DNA of 64,000 nucleotides from assembly GCA_963828305.1 (NCBI GenBank), contig CAWHEJ010000034.1, positions 11,942 to 75,941 of the forward strand, written 5' to 3'. How positions within the stretch are numbered: position 1 is the first letter of the stretch; the number at the start of each line of letters is the position of its first letter. This document shows positions 32,627-41,593 of the stretch, in pieces. Under the pieces are notes generated by a model. It ran no database searches, was not told where the DNA came from, and was given only the letters and a program-made list of their open reading frames with translations. The DNA is from an uncultured delta proteobacterium (GTDB taxonomy: Bacteria > Desulfobacterota > Syntrophia > Syntrophales > UBA2192). Made by a program: the position numbers and the translations under genes.

Positions 32627-35218
32627 ATGAAATCGCTCTCCCGTGTCAGCACAGGCATCAAGGGGCTCGACAAGGTCCTCGGCCACCTGCAGACAGGCGA
32701 CAATGTGGTCCTGCAGGTCGATTCCATCGAGGATTACAGGAGCTTTGTCACCCCCTTTGTCAGAGAGGCCCTCGACAACAACGAGCGGGTCGTCTACATG
32801 CGTTTTGCCCGCCACGCACCCCTGCTCGAGGAAACCCGGAAGGTCGCCGTCTACAAGCTCAACCCCGACACGGGCTTCGAATCCTTCTCCACCCAGGTTC
32901 ACAACATCATCCGCCAGGAGGGGCGGGACGTGTTCTACGTCTTCGATTCCCTCTCGGATCTTCTGCTGGCCTGGGCAACCGACCTGATGATCGGCAATTT
33001 TTTCGTGATCACCTGCCCGTACCTCTTCGAACTCAACACGGTGGCCTATTTTGCCATCCTGCGGGGCCGCCACTCCTTCAAGACCGTCGCCCGCATCCGT
33101 GAAACCACCCAGGTCCTTCTGGACGTCTACAACTTCGAGGGAAAGACCTGCGTTCATCCCCTGAAATCCTGGCAGCGATACTCACCCACCATGTTCCTGC
33201 CCCACATCAGGGAGGAAGAGACGTTCGTCCCGATCATGAACAGCGTCGACGCCACCCGGCTCTTCGCCGCTCTCTCCGACCGGAGCACCGTAGACGCGGA
33301 GAGGCACCTCGATTACTGGGACCGTATTTTTCTCAAAGCGCGCGAGGTTGCCGGGGATGAATCGGCTCTGGCCGAGAGAAAGGAACTGGTCGATCAGCTC
33401 TCGCGGGTCCTGATCGGCCGGGAAAAGCGTATGCTCTCCCTCGTGAAGGAGTTCTTCACCCTGGAGGATCTCCTGGAGATCAAGGACCGCCTCATCGGGA
33501 CGGGCTTCATCGGCGGCAAATCGGTGGGCATGCTCCTGGCGAGAAACATCCTCCGCAGGGACCGGGACTTCGACTGGCCGCGGCACCTGGAACTGCACGA
33601 CTCCTATTTCATCGGCTCCGACGTCTTCTACTCTTACATCGTCCAGAACAACTGGTGGAAAACCCTCATGGCCCACAAGACCCGGGAGGGGTATTTCGAG
33701 AGCGCCCGGGAGCTCAAGGCCAAAATGCTCAGCGGCGCCTTTCCGCAGGAGGTGAAGGAGCAGTTTCACCTGATGCTGGAGTACTTCGGCCAGTCGCCGA
33801 TCATCGTGCGCTCCAGCAGCCTCCTGGAGGACGCCTTCGGCAACGCCTTTGCGGGCAAGTACGAGAGCTACTTCTGCGTCAACCAGGGCACGCCGGAGAG
33901 GCGCTACGAGCTCTTCGAGGAATCGGTGCGCCGCATCTTCGCCAGCACCATGAACGAGGATGCCCTGACCTACCGGCTGCAGCGCGGCCTCGACCAGCAC
34001 GACGAGCAGATGGCCCTGCTCGTCCAGCGAGTCTCCGGCACGTACCGAAAGCACTACTTCTTCCCCGAAGTGGCCGGGGTGGGCCTCTCGTACAACCCGT
34101 TCGTGTGGAAACAGGGGATGGACCCCCGCGCCGGCATGCTTCGCATCGTCTTCGGCCTGGGGACACGCGCCGTCAACCGGGTGGAAAACGACTACCCCCG
34201 CATCGTGGCCCTCGATGCGCCCCTGGTGAAATCACACGGCGGCATCGCCGACGCCCGGCGCTTCTCGCAACACGACGTGGACCTCCTGAATCTCGATGAC
34301 AACCGGTTTCACTCCATCTCCCTGATGCAGGTCATTCATGAAGGGGTCGAGGCCCGGCTCGACCTGATCGGCGTGCGGGACGAAGAAACCGTGGAGCGGA
34401 TGCGTTCGACGGGCCACGCCGGGGAGGACGTCTGGATCCTGACTTTCGACGAACTGCTTTCCGGGACGGATTTTACGTCCATCATGTCCCGTATGCTCAA
34501 AGACCTCGAGGAGGTCTATCAATATCCGATCGACATCGAGTTCACCGCAAACTTCAACGCCGAGGGGCGCCTTCAGGTCAATCTTCTGCAGTGCCGACCG
34601 TTCCAGACGAAGGGGCAGAAAGCCCAGGTCGAGATCCCGGAGAGGATTCCCAAGAAGAGGGTCTTGATCCGGCAGGAGGGGAACTTCATGGGAGGGAGCA
34701 TCTCCCAGTCCCTTGCCCGCATCATCTACATCGATCCGAAGGGATACACGAAGCTGACCCTTTCGGAAAAGTACGACATCGCCCGTCTCGTGGGTCGTCT
34801 GAATAAACTGATCGAACGGCGGGAGGACATGCCGACGGCGGTGTTCGGGCCCGGGCGCTGGGGCACGACCACGCCGGCCATGGGGGTGCCCGTGACGTTT
34901 TCGGAGATCAGCAAGATCGCGGTCATCGCGGAAATTGCCTACCGGGACGGAAGCCTCATCCCGGACCTCTCCTTCGGAACGCATTTCTTCCAGGACCTGG
35001 TCGAAACGGACATCTTTTACATGGCCATCTACCCGGAGAAGGAGAAGGTGTTCTTCAACACCGGCTGGCTGGAGAGCCTGCCGAACCGGCTCCTGGACCT
35101 GCTGCCGCAGGAGGGTCGTTACGCGCAGGTCGTCCGGGTCTACGATGTAAGGGAGAAGGATCTGAGGCTGGTGTCGGACGTGGTCAACCAGAAGCTGATC
35201 TGCTACTCCGCCTCTTGA
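32627..35218 (+). CDS. PEP/pyruvate-binding (PPDK_N) domain protein with N-terminal degenerate KaiC/RecA-like domain
   Basis: N-terminus GIKGLDKVLGHLQTGDNVVLQVDS resembles KaiC-type but has no GxxGxGKT. Central IGGKSVGMLLARNIL and IVRSSSLLEDAFGNAFAGKYESY are typical of PEP-utilising N-terminal ATP-grasp. ATG 32627 follows AGAGG. Confidence 0.7.
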   Translation: MKSLSRVSTGIKGLDKVLGHLQTGDNVVLQVDSIEDYRSFVTPFVREALDNNERVVYMRFARHAPLLEETRKVAVYKLNPDTGFESFSTQVHNIIRQEGRDVFYVFDSLSDLLLAWATDLMIGNFFVITCPYLFELNTVAYFAILRGRHSFKTVARIRETTQVLLDVYNFEGKTCVHPLKSWQRYSPTMFLPHIREEETFVPIMNSVDATRLFAALSDRSTVDAERHLDYWDRIFLKAREVAGDESALAERKELVDQLSRVLIGREKRMLSLVKEFFTLEDLLEIKDRLIGTGFIGGKSVGMLLARNILRRDRDFDWPRHLELHDSYFIGSDVFYSYIVQNNWWKTLMAHKTREGYFESARELKAKMLSGAFPQEVKEQFHLMLEYFGQSPIIVRSSSLLEDAFGNAFAGKYESYFCVNQGTPERRYELFEESVRRIFASTMNEDALTYRLQRGLDQHDEQMALLVQRVSGTYRKHYFFPEVAGVGLSYNPFVWKQGMDPRAGMLRIVFGLGTRAVNRVENDYPRIVALDAPLVKSHGGIADARRFSQHDVDLLNLDDNRFHSISLMQVIHEGVEARLDLIGVRDEETVERMRSTGHAGEDVWILTFDELLSGTDFTSIMSRMLKDLEEVYQYPIDIEFTANFNAEGRLQVNLLQCRPFQTKGQKAQVEIPERIPKKRVLIRQEGNFMGGSISQSLARIIYIDPKGYTKLTLSEKYDIARLVGRLNKLIERREDMPTAVFGPGRWGTTTPAMGVPVTFSEISKIAVIAEIAYRDGSLIPDLSFGTHFFQDLVETDIFYMAIYPEKEKVFFNTGWLESLPNRLLDLLPQEGRYAQVVRVYDVREKDLRLVSDVVNQKLICYSAS

Positions 35219-35326
35219 CCCCAGGAATCGCATCACCCATCGCGGGTTCTCACAAGCCCACACTTCCGGCATCGGCCGGTAAACCGGGATTTCTTTTTTT
35301 GCGGTTCGGGAAGCAGCCCGGACCGC

Positions 35327-35587
35327 TCAGGCCCCGGGCCCCTTCTTTTCCACCGCAGGCTTTCCGTAACGTCGCAGAGAATGACCCGTTTTCGTAGCGC
35401 CTTTTTCCTTCGGGCAAACGAACAGGCATTCGGTCCCGGAGCTATGGAAGACGACCGATGAGGGCATCTCCCGGGACTTGAAGCCCATGGCCCGGCAGCC
35501 GGAGGGGTGGGCCGGCTCGTGGGTGATGAAGAAGTGCCGGCATTCGAAGCAGTTGATTTTCTTGCCCTCACGCTGCTCGTCGTTCAA
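35327..35587 (-). CDS. small Cys-rich protein (86 aa), unknown function
   Basis: INCFECRHFFITHEPAHPSGCRAMGFKSREMPSSVVFHSSGTECLF. TTG start at 35587 inferred from GGTGGAGGGG 5 nt upstream; the longer ORF would run into repeat B3. Confidence 0.45.
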   Translation of the reverse strand: MNDEQREGKKINCFECRHFFITHEPAHPSGCRAMGFKSREMPSSVVFHSSGTECLFVCPKEKGATKTGHSLRRYGKPAVEKKGPGA

Positions 35588-35719
35588 CTCGCCCCTCCAC
35601 CCTTGCCCGCCGGCAAGGGGATTCCTGGTTGAGAATTTGAAGCATTCGTGATAGTTGGCATCACGTACTGTGTGAGTCCCCTGCCTACGTGTTGGCAAAT
35701 TCCATGCCGGGCATCGGAA

Positions 35720-35826
35720 AGACAGAGGGTAAGAGGTTGCGAAGGTAAGAGGGTCGGAGAGGCGGAGAGCTTGAATCGAGCCGCCGGTTTTCCAACCTTC
35801 TCACCCTCTAACCTTCTTAACCTCTG
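35720..35826. repeat. family B palindrome copy 3
   Basis: AGACAGAGGGTAAGAGGTTGCGAAGGTAAGAGGGTCGG ... CCAACCTTCTCACCCTCTAACCTTCTTAACCTCT, in a divergent promoter region. Confidence 0.8.
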
Positions 35827-35877
35827 CATTCAGGTTGGATGCACCCCGGTCAGAAGCTTGTAATGAAAGGATTGAAA

Positions 35878-36945
35878 ATGGCATTCAACAACCTGCTGGT
35901 CACCGGCGGCTGCGGCTTCATCGGCAGCAACTTCATCCGCTATCTGCTCGAGAAATCGGGCTTCGCGGGCCGCATGGTGAACGTCGACAAGCTGACCTAC
36001 GCCGGAAACCCGGAGAATCTCCGGGATCTCGAGCAGCGCTTTCCGGGCCGCTACGTCTTCCTGCGGGAGGACATCTGCAATCTCGAGAGGATGAACGCGA
36101 TCTTCACCGACTACCGGATCGACGCGGTGTGCCACTATGCCGCCGAGAGCCACGTGGACCGATCCATCAAGCGGCCCGCCGAGTTCATCTTCACGAACAT
36201 CGTGGGCACCTTCAACCTTCTCGAGGCGGCTCGCAACCACGCGGAGGGCTTCAGCCTATTTCACCACGTGAGCACCGACGAGGTCTACGGGAGCCTCGGG
36301 AAAGAGGGCCTCTTCACCGAGACGATGCCCTACAAGCCCAACAGCCCCTACAGCGCCTCCAAGGCATCCTCGGACCACCTGGTGAGGGCCTATTTCAAGA
36401 CCTACGGTCTGCCCGTGACGATCTCCAACTGCTCCAACAACTACGGCCCCTGGCAGTTCCCGGAGAAGCTCGTCCCGCTGATCACCCTCAATGCATTGGA
36501 GGGCAAGCCCCTTCCCGTCTACGGCGACGGGAAGAACGTCCGCGACTGGCTCTACGTGGAGGACCACTGCGAGGCCATCTGGACGATCATGAACAAGGGG
36601 CGGCGCGGCGAGACCTACAACGTCGGCGGCAACTCCGAGGAGGAGAACATCGCCGTCGTCCACGCCATCTGTGACATCCTCGACGAGATTCGCCCCAGGG
36701 CGGGCAGCGGCCCCCGGAGGGAGCTCATCACCTTCGTCAAGGACCGGCCGGGGCACGACTGGCGCTACGCCATCGATTCCAGCAAGCTCCAGGCCGAGCT
36801 GAAGTGGGCTCCTCGCGAATCCTTCCGCACAGGTTTGCGCAAGACGATCGTCTGGTACCTGGAGAACAGCGACTGGATTTCGCGTGTGCGCAGCGGCGAG
36901 TACCTGAAATGGATCGACGAGCACTACGGGAAGGCAGGCAAATAA
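35878..36945 (+). CDS. rfbB: dTDP-glucose 4,6-dehydratase
   Basis: [12 protein letters not shown] Rossmann; catalytic [11 protein letters not shown]; typical length. Confidence 0.9.
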   Translation: MAFNNLLVTGGCGFIGSNFIRYLLEKSGFAGRMVNVDKLTYAGNPENLRDLEQRFPGRYVFLREDICNLERMNAIFTDYRIDAVCHYAAESHVDRSIKRPAEFIFTNIVGTFNLLEAARNHAEGFSLFHHVSTDEVYGSLGKEGLFTETMPYKPNSPYSASKASSDHLVRAYFKTYGLPVTISNCSNNYGPWQFPEKLVPLITLNALEGKPLPVYGDGKNVRDWLYVEDHCEAIWTIMNKGRRGETYNVGGNSEEENIAVVHAICDILDEIRPRAGSGPRRELITFVKDRPGHDWRYAIDSSKLQAELKWAPRESFRTGLRKTIVWYLENSDWISRVRSGEYLKWIDEHYGKAGK

Positions 36946-37059
36946 ACCTCAAATCTTTTTGCATCCTTCCCGTTGAATTGTCCCGTGAATTGTTGTAATA
37001 TTTTCGCTTGCGAGCACATCCGCATCGTTTTTGCCAGTCGTCCAGAAGGGGGAGATACT

Positions 37060-38154
37060 TTGGGGAAGATCCGGATTGCAATCGCTGGGATCGGAAACTG
37101 CGCCTCATCGCTGATCCAGGGGATCGAGTACTACCGGAAGAAATCACCGAAAGACCGGATCGGCCTTATGCACTGGGATCTCGGCGGCTACCGGCCCTCC
37201 GACATCGAGGTGGTCTGCGCCTTTGACATCGACCGCCGCAAGGTCGGAAAAGACGTCGCCGAGGCCATTTTCCAGCCCCCCAACTGCACCGCGGTATTCC
37301 AGCCCAGGGTCCCGAAAACAGGGGCAAGGGTAAAGATGGGGAAGATGCTCGACAGTGTGGCCCCCCACATGAGCCAGTACGACCCCCGGTTTGCCTTCGT
37401 GCCGGCCAGGCAGAAGGAAGCCACGAAGAAGGACGTGGTAAACGCCCTGAAGGATTCCGGGGCGGAGATCCTGCTCAACTACCTGCCGGCAGGCTCCGAG
37501 GAGGCGACGCGGTTTTACGCGGGCTGCGCCCTCGAGGCCGGCGTCGCCTTGATCAACAACATCCCCGTCTTCATCGCCAGCGACCCCGAGTGGGCAAAGC
37601 GCTTCGAAAAGAAGGGCCTTCCCATCATCGGTGACGATGTCAAGAGCCAGCTCGGGGCCACCATCATCCACCGGGTGCTGACACACCTATTCAACCTGCG
37701 GGGGGTGAAGCTCGAGAGGACCTATCAGCTCAACACGGGGGGCAACACGGACTTTCTCAACATGCTGGACCGCAGCCGCCTGAAATCGAAGCGCATCTCC
37801 AAGACGGAGGCCGTGCAGTCCCAGACGGGCAAGCGGCTCGCCCCGGAAAACATCCACATCGGCCCCAGCGACTGGGTGGCCTGGCAGAAGGACAACAAGG
37901 TCTGTTTCCTCAGGATGGAGGGAAGCATCTTCGGGGATGTGCCCATGCACCTGGAGATGAGGCTCTCCGTCGAGGATTCGCCCAACTCGGGCGGCGTCGT
38001 CATCGACGCCATCCGCTGCTGCAAGATCGCCCTCGACAACGGGATCGGCGGAATCCTCTATGGCCCCTCGGCCTATTTCATGAAGCACCCGCCCCGGCAG
38101 TTCACCGACGAGGAGGCCTGCGAGATGACGGAGGCGTTCATCAAGGGCAAATAA
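37060..38154 (+). CDS. ino1: inositol-3-phosphate synthase (archaeal/bacterial-type MIPS)
   Basis: IRIAIAGIGNCASSLIQGIEYY N-terminus; NYLPAGSEEATRFYA; GDDVKSQLGATI. TTG start at 37060 follows AGGGGGAG. Confidence 0.85.
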   Translation: MGKIRIAIAGIGNCASSLIQGIEYYRKKSPKDRIGLMHWDLGGYRPSDIEVVCAFDIDRRKVGKDVAEAIFQPPNCTAVFQPRVPKTGARVKMGKMLDSVAPHMSQYDPRFAFVPARQKEATKKDVVNALKDSGAEILLNYLPAGSEEATRFYAGCALEAGVALINNIPVFIASDPEWAKRFEKKGLPIIGDDVKSQLGATIIHRVLTHLFNLRGVKLERTYQLNTGGNTDFLNMLDRSRLKSKRISKTEAVQSQTGKRLAPENIHIGPSDWVAWQKDNKVCFLRMEGSIFGDVPMHLEMRLSVEDSPNSGGVVIDAIRCCKIALDNGIGGILYGPSAYFMKHPPRQFTDEEACEMTEAFIKGK

Positions 38155-38307
38155 AGCCGACAGTCTACAGCCTGCAGTCCACAGCCAAAAAACAAATCCC
38201 CCGGTTCTTTGATCCCGGGGGATTTTCTGTTTTCTGTTGGCTTTTTGCTTTTGGCTGTTGACTGTTTTCTTTCCGACACGCTACCCGCTACCCGCTACAC
38301 GCTTCTT
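38155..38307. repeat. family A palindrome (38155-38264) + (CGCTACC)n tract (38277-38307)
   Basis: Starts right after the ino1 stop; the terminal tract supplies the last three codons and stop of suhB. Confidence 0.8.
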
Positions 38308-39110
38308 ACGAGTCGCGCGTCCATCGGGTCCGTTCCCTTCAGCACCTCCTCCATCGCCCCGTGAATCCTGCCGTTTGTCGCCAGGATGTGGGGCGAATAC
38401 AGATCGAAGGGCCCGCCGAAGAGATCCGTCACCACCCCGCCCGCCTCGGTGACCATGAGGCATCCCGCCGCCGTGTCCCAGGGGTGCAGTTTCAGTTCCC
38501 AGAAGCCGTCGAATCTGCCCGCCGCCACGTAGGCCAGATCCAGGGCAGCAGCGCCCGCCCTGCGGATGGCCTGCGCCCGGACGGCCATGGCGCTGAAATA
38601 GTTGATGTTGTTGTCGGGGTTCACCCGGATGTCGTAGGGAAAGCCCGTGGAAAGCAGGCCCCTCGTGAGTTCCGCGGTAGCCGAGACGGCAAGACGCTTC
38701 CCGTTCAGAAAGGCCCCCTTGCCCTTCTCGACGACGAAGAGCTCATCCATCATGGGATTGCAGATCGCCCCGACGATCACCTCCCCATCGCACTGCAGGG
38801 CGATGGAGACGCAGAACACGGGATACTGGTGGGCATAGTTTGTCGTCCCGTCCAGGGGGTCGATGATCCATGTGAACTCTTTTTTCTCCGCCGATCCCCT
38901 CGTCTCTTCTGCCAGAATCCCGTGGACCGGAAAGGCCTTTTCGATGCGGGCAATCAACAGCGCCTCGCAACCCCGGTCGGCCTCCGTGACGAGGTCGATC
39001 TCCCCCTTGTAGGTAATGTCGTGTGCCTCGTGGAATTTCCCCTTGAGAAACTTCCCCGCCTCGAGGGCAATCTCCACGGCAAAATCCCTGTACGATCCCA
39101 TGGCCACCAT
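38295..39110 (-). CDS. suhB: inositol monophosphatase family protein
   Basis: Motifs ILAEETRG and WIIDPLDGTTNYAH, WDTAAG. Confidence 0.9.
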   Translation of the reverse strand: MVAMGSYRDFAVEIALEAGKFLKGKFHEAHDITYKGEIDLVTEADRGCEALLIARIEKAFPVHGILAEETRGSAEKKEFTWIIDPLDGTTNYAHQYPVFCVSIALQCDGEVIVGAICNPMMDELFVVEKGKGAFLNGKRLAVSATAELTRGLLSTGFPYDIRVNPDNNINYFSAMAVRAQAIRRAGAAALDLAYVAAGRFDGFWELKLHPWDTAAGCLMVTEAGGVVTDLFGGPFDLYSPHILATNGRIHGAMEEVLKGTDPMDARLVRSV

Positions 39111-39267
39111 CCGGATGTTGTTTAAAGCGATTTACCTTATCTCATCGGGACTCTCCTGTGAAGAGAAAAACCGCCCCCGGAGGCCGGGACATTTTCTGTT
39201 GCGCACCCCGCAAATTGGTGATACTCCTAGCCAAAATCGAGAATGGAAGAGGCATACAGGCAAAACC

Positions 39268-40242
39268 GTGGATAAAACGGATCTGCAGAGAGACGAGTTT
39301 TTCCAGGAGCTGAAACGCATCCGGGAATCGAAAGGCCTCCGCCTGGAAGACATATCCAACCGGTACAAGATCCGGCCGTCTTTCCTGGAATCCATCGAGA
39401 GCGGCAGCTTTGAGGATCTGCCGGAGCCCGTCTACACGAAGACCTTCATCAAGACCTATGCGGGGCTTCTGGGGGTGGACACCGGCCCGATCCTGGCGCG
39501 ATACGCAAAATATATTGAACAAACCATGCCCGCACCCCCGCCCGAGGCGCCGAGGGAGCAGGTTCGAGAGGCGCGCGCGGAAAATGCCATTTTCGACAGG
39601 CTGGGAAGCATGGGAAGCAGGATCGGCTGGGCAGTCCTCGCCCTGACCGTGGTCGTGATCCTGGGCATTTACGTCTTCCAGGACAGCGGGGAGAGGCCCG
39701 TACCGGCAAAAACGGTGGCCCGTGAGGCCGTAAAGCCGGCGGAAAAACCACCGGAGACTCCTCCCGCCGAAGCGCCTCAGCCCCCCGCGGTTCAGCAACC
39801 GGACGCCGCCTCGCAGCAGCAGGCCCCGTCACAAACGGTCGCCCCGACGCAAGCGGCCGCCCCGACACTGACGGCCGCCCCGGAGCAAAAGAAGCCGGAG
39901 GCCCCGCCCCCCGCGGAGAAGAAGGAGCCGCCACCGCCGGCACCGTCTGCCGCGGGAGCCCTCAGCCTGACGATCGAGGCCACCGAAGCGGCCTGGGTCC
40001 AGGTGAAGGCGGACAGGACGCCGGCCGTGCAGAAACTCATGCAGGCGGGGGAAAAGTTGACGACCGAGGCGAAGGAGAGAATCACCCTCGATCTCGGAAA
40101 CGCGGGCGGTGTCCAGATCACCTTTCAGGGACAATCCCTGGGGAGCCCCGGGAAGCGCGGCGAAGTGATTCACCTGGTCTACCCGGAGGGAAAGCGCACG
40201 GAGAAGAAGAAACCCGAAGAGCTGAAACCGGCCACGGAATAA
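39268..40242 (+). CDS. rodZ: RodZ-like cytoskeleton protein (HTH + TM + Pro/Ala-rich linker + DUF4115-like C-terminus)
   Basis: Xre-type HTH LKRIRESKGLRLEDISNRYKIRPSFLESIE; TM WAVLALTVVVILGIYVF. GTG start at 39268 inferred (no in-frame ATG clear of suhB). Confidence 0.7.
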   Translation: MDKTDLQRDEFFQELKRIRESKGLRLEDISNRYKIRPSFLESIESGSFEDLPEPVYTKTFIKTYAGLLGVDTGPILARYAKYIEQTMPAPPPEAPREQVREARAENAIFDRLGSMGSRIGWAVLALTVVVILGIYVFQDSGERPVPAKTVAREAVKPAEKPPETPPAEAPQPPAVQQPDAASQQQAPSQTVAPTQAAAPTLTAAPEQKKPEAPPPAEKKEPPPPAPSAAGALSLTIEATEAAWVQVKADRTPAVQKLMQAGEKLTTEAKERITLDLGNAGGVQITFQGQSLGSPGKRGEVIHLVYPEGKRTEKKKPEELKPATE

Positions 40243-40302
40243 ATCATCGTGAAGCCCCCGGCATGAAGCGCGGAGGGCTTCGGTTGCAAGGAGACAGGAA
40301 CC

Positions 40303-40482
40303 ATGTTTGGATTGGGAATGCCAGAACTGATCATCATCCTCGTCATCATCCTCATTGTCTTCGGAGCGGGGAAACTCCCCGAAATCGGGGGGGCCATCGG
40401 CAAGGGGATCCGGAATTTCAAGAAGTCCTCCAAGGAAGGCGAGGAAGAAGCCGAGGCGAAGAAACTCGAGGACAAGAAATAG
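40303..40482 (+). CDS. tatA: twin-arginine translocase subunit TatA/E (59 aa; below the ORF-track cutoff)
   Basis: Hand translation [59 protein letters not shown]; AAGGAGA SD. Confidence 0.85.
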   Translation: MFGLGMPELIIILVIILIVFGAGKLPEIGGAIGKGIRNFKKSSKEGEEEAEAKKLEDKK

Positions 40483-40561
40483 CTCCGGTCCCGTCGGGCA
40501 GATGAGGGGCAACAAACCCTGCAGTCTGCAGGTCCCCGAACGCTCGCATCCCCGAAATCAC

Positions 40562-40601
40562 AAAAAAAGAAAGCCCGGTTTCACGACCGGGCTTTCTTTT
40601 G
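40562..40601. terminator. bidirectional terminator between tatA and ssb
   Basis: AAAAAAAGAAAGCCCGG TTTCACGA CCGGGCTTTCTTTTG. Confidence 0.75.
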
Positions 40602-40642
40602 TCTAACATCTTCAGCCTGTGGCCTGTAGCCTGTTTCCTTCT

Positions 40643-41056
40643 TCAGAACGGCACATCCTCGTCAGGGGGCTGCTCGCCTCCGCCATAGGGGGGTGCTCCG
40701 CTGCCGGCACCGGTTTCTTCCCGGCCACCGCCTTTGGATTCGAGCATCTGCATGTTGGACGCGACGATCTCCGTCGTGAATCGTTTCTGTCCATCCTTGT
40801 CTTCCCAGGATCTCGTCTGCATCTTTCCCTCGATGTAGACGAGCCTTCCCTTGGACAGATAATTCCCGCAGATCTCGGCCAGTTTTCGAAAAGCGACCAC
40901 CCGGTGCCACTCCGTACGCTGAACCTTCTCCCCGTTCTTGTCCTTCCACTGCTCGTCCGTGGCGAGCCGGAAGTTCGTGACCATGGTCCCGTCCTGCATG
41001 TAGCGCACTTCGGGATCCGCCCCGAGCCTGCCGACCAGGATAACCTTGTTAACCAT
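40643..41056 (-). CDS. ssb: single-stranded DNA-binding protein
   Basis: OB fold [19 protein letters not shown] ... TEWHRVVAF; Gly-rich tail ending DEDVPF. ATG 41056 follows AAAAGGGGGG. Confidence 0.95.
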   Translation of the reverse strand: MVNKVILVGRLGADPEVRYMQDGTMVTNFRLATDEQWKDKNGEKVQRTEWHRVVAFRKLAEICGNYLSKGRLVYIEGKMQTRSWEDKDGQKRFTTEIVASNMQMLESKGGGREETGAGSGAPPYGGGEQPPDEDVPF

Positions 41057-41344
41057 CAGTTCCCCCCTTTTCATTTCGTTCCGTCATGTGCCCACCCCAT
41101 CCAGCTGTCGAGGGCAGGAACTGGGTTCTTCCTACCCGTGAATCACCTGTAACGATCCATACAGGCGTCGGCCATCATATAGAAGACCGTCCCTCTTCGC
41201 AACGAAATTATCGCAAGCGGCCGAGAGGCCCGAAAGGGCCGTGTTTACGCGGGAAACAGCCAGATTCCCTGTTGACTTCAACAGGCATATCAAGTAGAAA
41301 TAACAGGTTAAATTTCAAAAATCATTGCCTTTTTCAGGACCCTT

Positions 41345-41593
41345 ATGTTCCGTTCGGCCATCCTGGTCATCCTGGGGACATCGATTACCGCCTTCGTCTC
41401 GTTTTTTGTCGTCGTCTCCTACGGCCTCTTTCCCCGCGGGGAGTACACGACCCATCGGGTTTCCGTCCTCTGGGCCAGGATGCTTCTCTGGATCACGAGC
41501 GTCGAGGTGGAGGTTGTCGGGCAGGGCAACGTGCTCCGGGGCAGGCCGCCTGAGCCTGCCGGGTGCCGGCGTCTCATCCTGAAACGGACATGA
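41345..41593 (+). pseudogene. possible 5' remnant of a 1-acyl-sn-glycerol-3-phosphate acyltransferase (PlsC-like) gene
   Basis: 82-aa ORF resembling a PlsC N-terminus (TM helix, VLWARMLLWITSVEVEVVGQGNV) but ending before any HxxxxD motif; it abuts the ftsK start. Confidence 0.35.
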
